Source of the DNA: Balanoglossus misakiensis
Taxonomy: Eukaryota > Animalia > Hemichordata
Assembly (NCBI GenBank): GCA_040954595.2
Contig: CM082595.2
Span: 269,590-333,589 of the forward strand
Direction of reading: 5' to 3'
DNA: 64,000 nt
Part shown: positions 1 through 13,636 of the stretch, piece after piece
Numbering within the stretch: position 1 is the first letter of the stretch
Layout of the letters: each line of letters starts with the position of its first letter
Made by a program: the position numbers and the translations under genes
Notes under the pieces: generated by a model
Told to the model about the DNA's origin: nothing
The model's database searches: none
The model's input: only the letters and a program-made list of their open reading frames with translations

Positions 1-3000
1 AAATGTACCAGTTGCTTTTAACATCTGTGAAAGACAAGAATGGATCTCATTCGTGGGAATTACATTCATTACTTTGGCCACCTTTTGGAAATTTTATCTT
101 TGATAAACAAGGTTCAAACTCCTTCAAATAAATGCACATGGGATACACTCACGACTGATGCCAGAAAAATAACAATCTTGGAAAGAGACTCAAAATGATT
201 ATTACCCTTATTTTGTCAAATAAAAGGATGGTTATAAGAAGTGGCAAGGGAAAATGAGAACAGAAAATAGCAAAACAATCTAGGTATATACCTTGACATA
301 GAAGTCACTGCCATCTTCCCTTGAGGATATTGACCCAATTCCAACATTGGGCATTCCATCTGTGCACAGAATAATCTCAGATCCGGGAGTCTCGGATACC
401 AACCCAACACATGCTGCTAATGCAGGACCCAGAGCAGTGCGTCCACTTGGTGTCATCGAGGAAATTTTGTTAATCAGTGACCTATACAGATAAAAGAATT
501 TGTCACACTTTATGCCTTTATCTAGAAGACTGCCACACATTGTATTACAACAGTTCTACCCGAGAAACAAAATGTGCCATCACAAAGACTGAGAGATATA
601 TGATACTACCACATGTCAAGAGAGAAAATAAGTTTCACCAACCCGCCTGATTTTGCAACAGTCTGCACATTCCATTCTCTGGCTTTTGAATGACCACTTT
701 CAACGAGTGCATCGTAGTTGTTGTACACTTCTCTCACAGTTGTTGGATGGTCTTGTCCATCTCCAAAGATTGTGACAGTCTCACTGAATGTCACCAGTAC
801 AACTTGTTTCTCTGGGAATTCAATTTGTAATCTTTCCAACTGCCTGGATAAAACATGTAGCACAAGAAAGTATTTGGATGACAGCAAATATGCCAACACG
901 GAGCTAACAATGAGTTGGCCTAGTGCAGCTGACAGCCACTATTATTATGCAGCTAATGCTATTGTTTATGCAACCTGATGTAGTCTTTGTGTTCACTCTG
1001 CTAAGTTGGGTTAGTCTTAGGTTAGCTACTGTCTATGCTTTAACAATGTTGGCTGAGTTAGAAAATTAATTCTGATATACAGTTTACCTGATTACGGCAC
1101 TCTGAATACATTCCAGACTTGAAATGCACCTACGGATTGGTCTATTACTATTCACTGCACTCCACTGAACTGAAATTATTCAATTTATAGTCACAATGTT
1201 ACGTCACGACAGGCTTAAAATCCACCAGAAATGCATAACAGAGACATATTTAATGGTTTTCTGATGATTATAGCGGAAAGCACAACTTTGCATCACTTTA
1301 TGAAAATGATATTTTGTAAACACTTGATTCATATGCTTTTAGTTGACAAAGTCCATTGCAATCCTACAGAACCATTGAGTAATTACCTTGCAGGGCTGGT
1401 ATCTCTGTTAATTCTCCCATTGACCCACTGATGTCAATACAATATACAACAATGCCTGGACTAGCTGTTGCTGCTGGTGTTTCACTTGCAGATTGATCAG
1501 CTGCAGGAGTCATGATTGCAGGAGCCAGGACATAATCAACTTGGTCAATCTCAGGAATCTGAATGGGAGAGTAATATACCTTCACATGGTATACACATTG
1601 TATACATACCACATTGGACCTAATAAAATTGAGTCCTATGAATAATATTTATCATTACAGCAAAAATAATATTTCATTCAGGTAAATGTAAATATATTTG
1701 ATGTATGACTCACCTCTTCCTTTTCCATGTCAATATCTCTGTTTTCCTTGCTGCAAAATTCACTGTAAATGTCATGAATGAGACAAAAAGTTAAATCTTT
1801 GTTCTTTTAATAAGTGAAAATTAATAAAGATGTAAATATGGAGAGATTCTTCCTTGTTAATGGGATAGAAATGTTTGTGATATAAAAGAAAAGTCATGCC
1901 AATCAACACTCACCACTTCCAACTCGGCAAACAACCTTCACCCTCCGCATCTCTGAGTTCAGATATTTTGGAGAAGACAGCATTGCATTCTTTGCAGTGT
2001 ACGGGATCCCCAGTGACAATCTTGGGGTCTTGCTCTAAAGTACCCAGGCTGAGCACCAGGACATTACTGTCCCCCTTCTCAAGCTCCAGTTCACCTGGGG
2101 TTGCACCTGGGGTCGCTCCTGATGGCGTAGCCTGTGCCTGTCTCGATTTCACACTCTTTTTCCGACCGAAGAACTTCCCACTGAATAAACCATGTGTCTT
2201 GCTTTTCTTTGGGTGCTCTTTCGCATCGTCTTAATAAGAAGGAAACATCCAAAAGAATAATATATCAGTAAACTTGTTTAGCACGTGGTGACAATTCATA
2301 GGCACATGCATGTAGCTTGTGTATGTGTGCATGTCTACCATCTGTGGATTCTTGCTATGGGAAACAGAATAAAGAGGTGTGGCACCCAGTTGTTATTTAA
2401 CATGTTCATATATAAAAACACGGCCATTATTAGTGGTTTGACTTGTAAAATGTTTGTGTACACCCACCCATCAGTAAGCCTATGAAGATGGATCAATCTA
2501 AGTTTGAAATTGTGGCAAACATTCTCACCCACTTCCTCTGGTTCTTTGCTGTGTCCTGTAATGTTAAGCTGTTTTTGGAAAGTGTCTTCAATGGTTGGGT
2601 CATAGCAATCGACAAAGTCATCCTGGACAAAGCGTATGGTGATAGAAGACTTGCCGACACCACCAGAACCAAGGATGACTACCTGTAGGATTTATCAGTG
2701 AAAAGGTTTTTGGTTGTGGATATAATATGACTCCCCTGGGAAAATTCGCCTATTTGGACGGAAATTGTCACTGAGCAAATCAAAGTGATTATTTGCTTCC
2801 TAATATGCTAATTCTCAACAGAGATTGATACCAAATACCTGAACATATAATGTTTACAACCTTATTATACTTTCACAAGTACCGTACATGGGCCAACATG
2901 CTTGATCAAACAACGTCCTGTGATCACACGTATCATCTGCACATGCTCACTCGAATCATGCTAAGACTTTGTACCTTATAATGATTTTACCTTATATTCT

Positions 3001-4761
3001 CCTGTTTCAGTTCGTGGAGTATATCTGATGAGTGTTTCAAAACACTCTGTCACTCTGCTGCCTGTTTTTGCCGACACTTCTATGAATGGAATGTTGAGTC
3101 TCTTGGCACATTTCTCTCCTTCAACTATTGGCACTTGACGGTCATCTTTGAGGTCGATCTTGTTGCCAACAAGGATCTGGAGAAATAACACACAAATGAC
3201 CTCTGTTCAAAATTTAATCTCAGAAAAGAGTTTCCAAAACTTGTACAGAAATGGGGTAAATGTTTCAATGCACAGAGAACCCACACATAGAAAGGAAAAT
3301 ATTGGAAATACGAGAGTTTCTAAGCATCTTCCTCCACAGATCAGAATTTGTAATACAAATCATAAATTTTTCTTCCTGTGGGTAATTCCTCTGCAAAGGT
3401 CATAGCCTCAGGCTGTAAATACTGAAGTTGTTGGCACCAGACACCAGTTTAGGAAAGTCCCTTGACTGGCTGCTATAGATAGGTTCGACTGCATCAAACT
3501 ATACTCACTGCTGATGCCTTCTCAACATGGTTGACACGTAATATCCATGTGTAGATTGCTAAAGCTTCTTCAAAAGACTGGCGGGATGTGATGGAGTACA
3601 CTATCAGAAATGAGTGACCAGTTCGCACATACTGCAAAAAATGAACATTGTTTGGATAAAGAGAGTGAAATTGATAACAAGTTGTATGTATAGCCCTATT
3701 ATGAGAACTTACATTTCAAAGTACTTCGCTTATGTTTTGGCTAGAAGATGATACTGTATAGTCAGTGATGCACAGCTAATTGTCCACCATTGCCATTGTA
3801 TGTCAACATTTCTCTGTAATTGCTGGCCCAATTATTGCTTTAGGGTAATATGTGTTCAAATTATGGGGAAATTCACATATTTGTATAAGGAGAGGGCATC
3901 TTACACCATTCTTGTAGGGATGACGTCCATTCATTTTTGTTCAATATGTGATATTCCATTCTGCCCTCAGCTGTAAGCTGAATTAATTTCTAATATGACA
4001 AAATTGGACCTTTACAAAGGCTATTGCTGAAGCAAATTTCTTAATTTGTGGATGGTAAGCCTTATACTTACTTGTTCTCGCACAGAAGAGAACTCCTCTT
4101 GACCAGCGGTGTCCAATATATCCAAAAGACAGACCTAAATGCAAATAAACATATATAAAATCATAAATCAATATCTAAATAAAGAACAACTTAAATGGTT
4201 TTACCCATGAAAGGGGACAGCAACGTAGGGGGTAGTGACTGCAGTGCAGAGAATGTCCTCTGATCAAAGTTAATTAAATTTTTGCTGTTTTGCTAGGGAG
4301 ATCAGAGGATTGTGAGGGCATATTGATCTGTGCTTATCAACTTTGACATTCGGTACACATGGTACATGTAGTCATAAAATACACTCTCATTGTGTCAGTC
4401 TTTCAACTATATCAAGTAATCCAACATGATTAACTGACACTTAGTCACTTGTTGGACAGATCGGCCTGCGCATAAAAAAATAGCTATACGCTGAACTTCA
4501 CTAACCATGTACCATCACGACAGGATATTAAAAGTACCATACTATAACATGATGGTTCTCATTTGGAACACGGCTGCCAACTGAAATCCGGAAAGATTTA
4601 AATACCTCATCATCCGCATCCGCTTTCTTGTCCACAGATGATGCTTTTGGAGTTGAGATGTTACTGTATTTTATTGGTGACCTCAGTTCTTCTTCGGTAA
4701 CTGTCTCCAATTCCCCCTTTCCTTCCGGTGGGAAGTACACAAACTTATTGCCAAAATTCAT
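1..4761 (-). CDS. Circularly permuted Ras-like GTPase (cpRAS/CPRas1-like) with Sec23/24-type Zn finger and VWA domain; 3' end lies outside the window
   Basis: Hand-spliced exons in frame: 4761-4543 (MNFGNKFVY...), 4134-4072 ([14 protein letters not shown]3), 3631-3509 ([15 protein letters not shown]), 3176-2991 (ILVGNKID G4; EVSAK G5), 2682-2529 ([13 protein letters not shown]1; YDPTIED G2). Then 2229-~1913 and ~1763-1714 (CKEC...CEFC Zn finger), ~1561-1388 ([14 protein letters not shown] DxSxS), ~1168-1089, ~846-642 and ~483-292 (TALGPAL...ILCTDG, VWA). Confidence 0.93.
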
Positions 4762-5747
4762 GATTGTCGCGCGCCCCGGTGATTGTCGCACGCGCAGTCA
4801 GTTGTCCCAAAGCTTTTTCTGGAAAAAAGAAGCCATTGTATTCAATACAATTTATAACTGTGTTTAAGTTTTTGTTTTTATCATCAAAAAGTTCACACCG
4901 ATTGATTAATTGATGACTTTGATTAGATCATGTATAAACTGACTATTGCGTGAATTTCTGACGAAATGAACATTAGCCGCGACAAATCGCGCGCGCGCCA
5001 TGTACATTACACTAATATTTTCGGATAGCTTCCTGGTTCCTGGTTCTGCATGGCCTTGACCAGATTGTTGAATGACAACACGACCTAATAACCGCAATCA
5101 TGAACGACCAGTAAACAGGTAAACTACTCCCGCTAAAGCATTGAAAAATGGGGTCATATTGAACCTTTGTTCTTGTACTCGCAAACAGGTTTGCCTCGGC
5201 TGAAACCTTGCCAGTGATGGGCTGGGGGTTTATCGAAACACAGTCACTTATTGTCGAACTGTTTTTATACTGATCTGCCCAGTGAATCTGAAAAATGCAA
5301 GGTCGCATCTAGCCTATACCGTACACACTCAAACATAAAAAGTCTTATGCGCATTTCTTTGCGTGTTTGTTTCAGCACCACGTTAATACTGACTCCATCG
5401 TCGATCGCATATAAAACAGATGGTACGTGTATTCTGATTGTCTTACCTCAGCGATTCCCGAGCAGTAAACACGGAAACGTTGGAGATCTATGACTCAGAC
5501 GCAAACGATTTCAACCAAGAACATCCAACAACAGAACACGTTCGTACGCGAGCGTAGAAGTATTTATACCAAGAAGAAAGGTCTATTTTTAGAACTCGCT
5601 TGATTTGTAATAAGCACGCTCTGTGATTGGTTGAGAGTTAGGTATGACGTGTTTACTATATTTGAGTCTGGGACTTAAAAGTCTATAAATTACCGCCTCA
5701 ATCGCCCTTTTCCGCACACAAATATGAAGACTCTTCAGTTTGAAACA
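4762..5747. promoter_or_regulatory. Candidate bidirectional promoter between cpRas and the Rho-family gene
   Basis: Start codons diverge about 1 kb apart. The region is locally CpG-rich (GCGCGCGCGC ~4988) and has an ATTGG (CCAAT box) at ~5626. Function is inferred. Confidence 0.45.
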
Positions 5748-6717
5748 ATGTCTGTTCTGAAATGTCTGGTTGTTGGCGACGGCGCTGTTGGAAAAACTTG
5801 TATGTTGATAAGTTACGCAACGAATAGATTTCCTGTAGACCATATACCGACGGTGTTTGACAATTACGCGGGTAAGTGTACTTTTTTTTGTCGGGGCCAG
5901 GGGCTAAGTCGATAGTTTAAAGTTTTTTTAACTTTTCCTTATAAACAAGTGCAGTGTTAATGAACTTTTTACTTTGTCCGTGACCATCCAACCCATTGGA
6001 ACACAACGTACTCACCATTTTTAAACACTTTTTTTATGTAGTAATGACGTATCTTTCTCTTTTCCATTTCAGTTTCCATAACAACAGCGGGCACACACCG
6101 CACCCTGCATCTCTTTGACACAGCAGGGCAGGTGAGTAAACATTCTTATGTCACGTTTATTTAGACAAGTCAATTATCAGTTAAGCGATCCCGTGAGCTT
6201 ATTTTTATGTTGTTATAACTGTAAACTGTCGGGAATTCCATTAAGAGCTTTTGCTCAGAATATTGTGAGATTGATTGATTATTTATTTATTTATTCACAG
6301 GAGGAATATGACCGTCTCCGAATTTTATTTTACCCGATGACTGATGTCTTCCTTGTGTGCTTTTCTGTCATGAGTCCGTCATCGTTCGAGAACATCTTCG
6401 ATAAATGGGTGCCTGAACTCAGAATGCATAACCCCAACACTCCCTTTTTATTGGTTGGACTGCAAATTGACTCAAGACGAAATGACTATGGCAAGCCGAG
6501 TAAGAAAGTACATGAGAAACCAATCACTCATGCGCAAGGTCTTCGGGCCGCCCAAGAACTTGGAGCTGAACTTTATGTTGAATGCTCTGCACTAACACAG
6601 GAAGGGTTGAAAAATGTGTTCGATGAAGCGATCTTATGTTCGCTCAACCCAAGGAAGAAAAAAGACAAATCCAAGAGAAGATGGTTGAGCTGTTTATCGT
6701 CTAAAACTTTGAGCTGA
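5748..6717 (+). CDS. Rho-family GTPase, Cdc42/RhoJ/RhoQ-like, lacking a terminal CaaX
   Basis: Exons 5748-5871 (GDGAVGKT; PTVFDNY), 6073-6131 (LFDTAGQ) and 6301-6717 ([32 protein letters not shown]). Splice phases are consistent. Confidence 0.93.
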
Positions 6718-8185
6718 TTCATGGCCTCAGTGATATAACACTCATATACAAAATTGCCAAATTTTCCTTCAAATTTGCCTCACCTCAACACCTGGGCAAG
6801 TGCTTAAGTGTACTATGATGTGTTGATTTGAAATGGGGCAAAGGATTTGAGGTCTGTAAGTAAACAAAAGTATTTCCGAGTGAAGATGCTGTACACACTC
6901 CAAACAGGAGGGGGGAAAGTCATCATTACTGCTACTTTTTGGTTCTTTTCAGTTTCCTTATGAATACTATTATACTTCATGCATGTCCTGTTTGAGGGGG
7001 AATGAGCATTCTGTGACATAATCCTTACACATTGAGTATTCACACTGTAATATCATATAAGTTATTAAATGCTTTATTTATATGGAAATGTTTGATTAAT
7101 CATTCATTGTCGTGTGTCTGCCAAAGCTAAATTGTAGCAACAGAAAATACTCACAACTAATATTATAATATGAAACAGAAAACAAGTTTTCAAAATTGCT
7201 GACAGTGACACATAAGAAATGGTATCTCTCGCTCACTGGCAACTTGCCAACTATTCCTGAGTAAGGCATCGATCATGTGATCTGAAACTTCAGAGATAAG
7301 TGCTGGATGTACAAAACATATCATTTTTTTTCAAAACATATGAGTGTCTTGTTAACTGATTCTTATCTAAAGTATAATATGAAAGTAGTATAACAGCCAA
7401 TCAGAGGAGTTCATGGTGTAACCAATAAGATTATCTTTGTCCAATGACCAGCTTTTTTGTGATTGAACAAACAAACAAACAACTTAAGTATTACTTCAGA
7501 ATTATCCTTATAACAACTACCGGTAATATAGCTTGAGATCAAATCCCTGATCATAGAAAACAACATCTATAATTCAACTACGAATTGGTAAAAATGACAA
7601 AAATACAGGTCTGTCACTGAGGTTCCTTCCAAAATAAAAATGAAACACAAAAACACATAATTATTCAATGAACATATGCTAAATGGAATTGTGTTATTAA
7701 AACAAAAGGCAGTCATAGCTGTGTAGACATGTTTTATCTATTCTGAAATTTGCACATTTATAAGTAAATGTCTGGTGACTTTGTGAGCTATTCTAAAATT
7801 TGTTTCCATTTGTACCTCATCACCTTTTAAGTAGGTACTCAATGGTTGGTTGATTATATGCCTAATTATACTGTAGAGACCTGATCAACCAATAGCGATG
7901 GCTCTTTGTGGATGTTATCTTTGTTGAAGGACTCATTTGTCTTCCCTGCACTTGTTCACTGTACAGCTCTACTGCTCTACCATGGTCTAATAAATCTTCA
8001 ATGCTCTACCCATCTGAGCGGTGAGGTATATGTGGTCGGAGAGTGTCAACTTTGTACGTGTTTCCTCATTGGCTGATTTCAGTCTTGGTAATATGGTAAG
8101 CCTTCAACCAACCAATAGTACTGGTCCTCTGAAACCTGGCATGTTCTCGGTGGGTCTAGTAAATTAGAATGTCCTCCATTTGCTT

Positions 8186-11100
8186 CTAGAAAGTCGGTTT
8201 TCTCCAGTACCTCAAAGCAAGATAGCCTGCAACCCTGGCAACAACGATGTAACTGATCAAAACAACAAAATCCACCCAAAGTGGGATGTGAACTCCTTCT
8301 TCAGTCAGGATTGATTCTGAGGAAATGTAAGTCCCGTTGTTTTGACACTCGTCATAGACAGAATACTCCAGGGTACACCTGAAACAGTAACACAGAAAAA
8401 AATTGTGATTCCCACAAAGCTAAAGTAAGATTTAGTCTCTGTTTCTGGTCCTCAATGTTCCTGGAAAATAGGAATGAGAAGACAAATACTTACAGGAACG
8501 GTCCATTGTCTGTAAATTCTATTATCAGCAGTCCATTGTAAGTAAAATAGAGATAGGACAGATACTGCGCCCACTCCAACCACCAGGGAAAAGTGTCCAC
8601 GTAAAAACCAGCCAACATCAAACAGCCAAGAATGTAAACTGCTGTGAACGTCAGTGATTTTTCAAAGTCCATCCACATGATTCCAATAGTCTGACCAATG
8701 GACTGAAACAAAAAGAATGTGATGATAGAACCAGAAAAATACATGTCTAGCAATATGAATATCTGTATAAATATTCTTTCATGTTTCATTTAGACTCTAG
8801 ATTATGTCGATTTAACTCAATATATGATTCATGTAACACAATCATTCTCCACAAAATGTGCTGAGCTCCGGAAGATTACAAGTTGGTATTGTCATCTCAC
8901 CTGTGAAGCAATCACATTCAGAATCATCAGCAACCAGAATAAGAAGAATGCAGATGCTGATGGGTTTAACCCTGTTGCCCAGTATACAATTATCGTGGAA
9001 ACAGTTGGAAGGAACATCACCAAGGGTAATTCACTCGTGATTTTGGCCAAATAGTAGGCTGATAGTCGATACATTCCAGATGACCTTTCTTTGTTTATAA
9101 CGGTCTTCTCCGAGGGAACTGTAAGAAAGAGTTCACAGTGATAAATCTTACATGCATTGTTACAATGTCAAATGAACGAGGAAGATTTGAAGAATTGTGA
9201 ATGTGCACAATTCCTTGGTTAGAATTGGTATGAAACCAATCACTCATTGCTTTAATACAACAACATAAATAAATTTAATATCACATATTTACTTACAGAC
9301 AAGTAATGCTACCAGTGTGATCATGAAAGCCCAATACGGCATGAAAAAGATTATCTGTAAGAGAAATACAACACAGAATTTTAGTTGGCGTTTGCATCAC
9401 TGATCAACGCATTAGAGTACACCCAATCTCATGAGCAAACATTGGTCCAATCCCAAAGAAGCCAATGGTTAGGCTGCAGAAAGCTTACAGCAATTACAAT
9501 GCTATAACCATACACAAGTTTGTTGATGAGCTAAATACCAAAGGCCATAAAATGCAATCCTTACCAAACCTAATCTCGAAAATATGGCTTCCTCGGTATA
9601 ATCTAGTTGCCACCATATAAGCGATATCACAATTGATGTCACCAGGCATTCTATGTATCTGATTTTTCCAAGAAGTGTTCCCTTGGCTTGTTTGAAACTA
9701 CGCACAGTCAACATCAAGTACTGATCCAGAAATCCTGTCGGCCATTTCTTTTTAGGCTTTTCAGTTGTCTCCTGATCATCTGAAATTCTCACTGCTACTT
9801 CATCAATAATGTCCACATCTTCTGCTGTTGCTATAGGAACAGGTCCATTAGGGGTATCATCACTTGGCAACTGCTCACTGGCAAATGGTTCCCATGATGC
9901 TTTAGTGGCACTTTCTAGGAGGCGATTTCTTTCTTCCTCGGTTCCTTTCATTTTTTCCACTGAAACAGAAGAATATAATGTAAGACTTTCCAGTAGTTTG
10001 ACAGCATATATGAACAGTAATACTTTTGCCGGCAATAAAACTTCTACAGGGACTAACACAAGAAACATGTTCACTTACTGACAAAGTCTGCAGGGTTGTA
10101 ATGCGGTGTACACTGAAAACCAATACTGTCAAAATACACGACCATTTCTTCTACTTTTCCAAAATACGCAACCTGAGAAACAATCCAAAGAAATCTAATT
10201 TAAAGCTCATTATGGTAGCATATGAGAGTAAATACACTTTCCAGAACTGTAAATGTCATTTTTCCTGGATTATTCAAAGACTTTCTGGGAGTGGTTCCAA
10301 GTTCTAGGGCTTTCTTACAACTGTTCATTTGAATCATACTTACACTCCCCTCTTGCAGCAGTAGTACTTTATCAAATAAATGAAAGAGTTGACTAGATGG
10401 CTGATGTATCGATGTGACAACGGTTTTGTTGGATTTTCTGGCATACTGTTTCAGTGAGGAAACAAGTGTGAATGCTATGCTTGAATCCAGACCTGTTGTG
10501 GGTTCCTGGCATGAAAAAAAAAGATTAAACTGATAAAATCATGTATGCTTATATTGATGGTGTTTCTGTGTTGTTTGAGAGAGAGATCACCCACTTGTAA
10601 TTCTCACTACCTTAAATATGTTTTTGCGTACCAAGGTATGTCTCCTGTGGTTTATAGTATTTTAAGATGACAGATTTCTGCTAAGAACAGAAAAGCCTCA
10701 TACTCACATCCAACAGCAATAAACCAGGATCAGTAAGCAGTTCACAGCCTATGTTTGCCCGTTTCTTCTCTCCTCCAGACAGCCCTTTATTTTCAGAACT
10801 TCCAATCACTTCAAAGCAAGATTCAGAAATATTGCAATATTAATCTTGTGTGAATCTTATGATTTGGTTCTGCATAGGCCCCAAATATCACAAATTTTCA
10901 CACTTTATAAATCTATAAATATATTGTACAATAAACTAAATATTTAATTTGTCAATAAGTACTAACAGCACAAAGTCATCTCAACTGAATTTCGACTCAG
11001 TGTGATTCTTGTTAGTGTCTAACGCATTGATCTTTTCAAACACTTACATGTGTTCAGACATTTTCTGAGATCCAACGCATCCACTACCCTGTCAAGTGCT

Positions 11101-11993
11101 CTCAGTTTTTCTTCTTTTGTGATTGATGCTGGTAAACACAACATAGCTGCAAACTAAAACAAAAGCAGTACCAACAAACGTCATATTTTTGAATGGTATA
11201 TTTTTTTTCTCGACTTAAAATACAAACATGCATGAGACAAGAATGATGAAGCAACAGATTTCAATTAATTTGTCCAACCGACCTTTAATGTGTCATACAG
11301 AGAGAGGTTGTCAAAGAAAATATCCTCCTGCAAAACGTAACTAATGCCTCGTCTCAGTCGCTTACTGAGAGGCTGTCCGTTCAGCATCACTTCCCCGGAT
11401 TCTACATCTTTATTCCGACCTGCCAGGATATTGAGTAACGTTGTCTTGCCGGACCCTGGTGTTGAATATTGGACATAGAGAGACACAGAGAGAGAGAGAA
11501 CGAGGTAGACAGAGAGAGAGACAGAGAGAGAGAGAGAGCTGAATTATCAATAAATCAGATAATAAATTGGGTCGAATAATTCCATCATGTGCGAGCGTGC
11601 CGGTGCCAGAGTGCTCGCAGACAACAGAATCATTTGGTCAAAGAATCTATACAATTATTTCCGGTCTAAGAATCTATACAATTATTTCCGGTCATTCCTG
11701 ATGTTGTCTGGTTCTATGAATGCAAAGTCACCCGGCCCCAATTAGTTCAAAGGGCAATGGAGGGTGATGAGTACATCAAGCGTTACGAAATATCTAACTA
11801 TCAATGGACTGTCATCACTTGTCTGTATGATAAACTCACCTGATGGACCCAAAAGTGCCAGAACTTCTCCAGGCTTGGCAAGACCACTGACATTCTGCAG
11901 AATCTGTTTCCCGTCTATCTTCAGTGAGATGTTTTTGAAGACAAGTTCAATCCCAGAAACAGGCAGGAGCTCGTCCGTTTCCCACAGAACCAT
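8186..11993 (-). CDS. ABCG (White-family) half transporter, NBD-TMD order
   Basis: Walker A GPSGSGKTT is split across the 11840/11455 junction. Also present: Q-loop YVLQED, signature LSGGEKKR, Walker B LLLLDEPTTGLD, H-loop SIHQPS, NPADF, and TM exons ([10 protein letters not shown]; [13 protein letters not shown]). Ends YWRKPTF* at 8186. Confidence 0.93.
11477..11538. repeat. (GA)n/(GACA) microsatellite in an ABCG intron
   Basis: Directly visible. It forms the polypyrimidine tract just upstream of the minus-strand acceptor at 11456. Confidence 0.85.
11641..11693. repeat. 27-bp tandem duplication in an ABCG intron
   Basis: aagaatctatacaattatttccggtc(t) occurs twice in tandem. Confidence 0.9.
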
Positions 11994-13636
11994 GTTGTGC
12001 TATCTACAACACAAGACACAACAAATAAGATCCATGACTTACAGAACTAGTCTATCATACCTCATCAATATGAACCTTTAGTTATATTAAGAGAGAGAAT
12101 TTTCCCAAAAATAGTGACAGATGTCTCCTACAAGCGTCAAATCAAGCACGATATTACATGTATATCCATTGTATGCTTTTAGTTAAATTATGACTGATCA
12201 TGAGGAGGGACCGTGGACACAATTTTTAGTTGAATCAGCTTGACACTTGTATCTATTTGCTCTTGTTGAAAAGACAGGAAGTAATGCATCGACTCTATAG
12301 TTAATAAATGACACATTTTCTTTCAATAAATGCAGCCAGCTGATCAAATGTGAACCCTCTTAACCCATATCCATATGGAGTGGTCGAACTTCACCACAGA
12401 AAACAATGGTTTTGGAGCAAACCATGGTCAGCACATGTGGAGTTCAGACTCTCCCTTAAAAAACCTGCGACTTTAAACCACCTACTTACTGCTACTGTGT
12501 AACTTACCTATAGGGGTTTGCAAGAAGGGGATAGGACACTTTACACTCGGAGTTACAGGTACAGGTACCAAGATGTGATCGCGTCGAAGGAGACAGCCAG
12601 CTTTGAAATAAGGATGATTGGGTACCGAATGGGGCGTGGATGCCACAGCGTGTAGTTCTACTGCATACAGCAATCAGGTGACCTTAAAAGATGAAGATTG
12701 TGCAATACAAAAACGTTACACCAACATTGTGCAATACCCGTGTCACCACTGTCATTGTTTCCACGCGATCTGAGAAGACACGAAACCGATCTGGATATTA
12801 AATCACTTGTACCTGTAACTGGGAACTTTTATGGTGAACACCGGCTCAATCATCCTCTCGAAATGCCAGCTGTGTCATCAATTTCACTGCCGACCTCCTT
12901 CCGTAATGTCCCTATCATGCAATATACACATTGTAGTATCCAAGCGCATGCTCAGTACGCATGACTCGGCGAAACTCGGCTATGAGGTCAACAACCTTTT
13001 CCATACGAAAGCAAGACATTCACCGTCGTTCGAGGGCGCTCCCCCACCCAGAGACTGGTTTTGCAATCGAGACTGTATATATTATAGTTCATCATTGATT
13101 TCACACTATATTTTCAACACACAGCAGAATTCTAAGGCCTGGCATGTTTCATGAATATAACATAATGGTAGAAACAGACACTGCACATTGTTCCACACGA
13201 GAATTACTTTATTGGAATCATGTTTTGCCACAGCGCATTGTAAATAAAAGTGATACAATTTTAGTTCATGTTTTTTGGACCGTACAAAGTATTTTCAATG
13301 GTTTACGTGAAGCCCAAGAGAAAAGGTAAAAGGAATGAACCAATATTCCATGAGTGATGTAACAGTACGCTAATCTCCTTCAACTTTGAGGTAATAAGTT
13401 GGTATTGTCAGTTTGAAAACATAGTGACACAATCATTTTCGGTAACTTTTCATGACAAGGAATGGAATGATTACGAAAAAAGTATTTAGAAGTTAATCTG
13501 TCCCCAAGCTGCACAATACACCATGAGCCTTTCATCCCCATTTCCAGGTACATGGAATCACCTTAACAACTAGAGATCACTGGATGGACTGAGAGACAAG
13601 GGGTGATCAGGATATGTGTCTGTTATGTGATGAATG

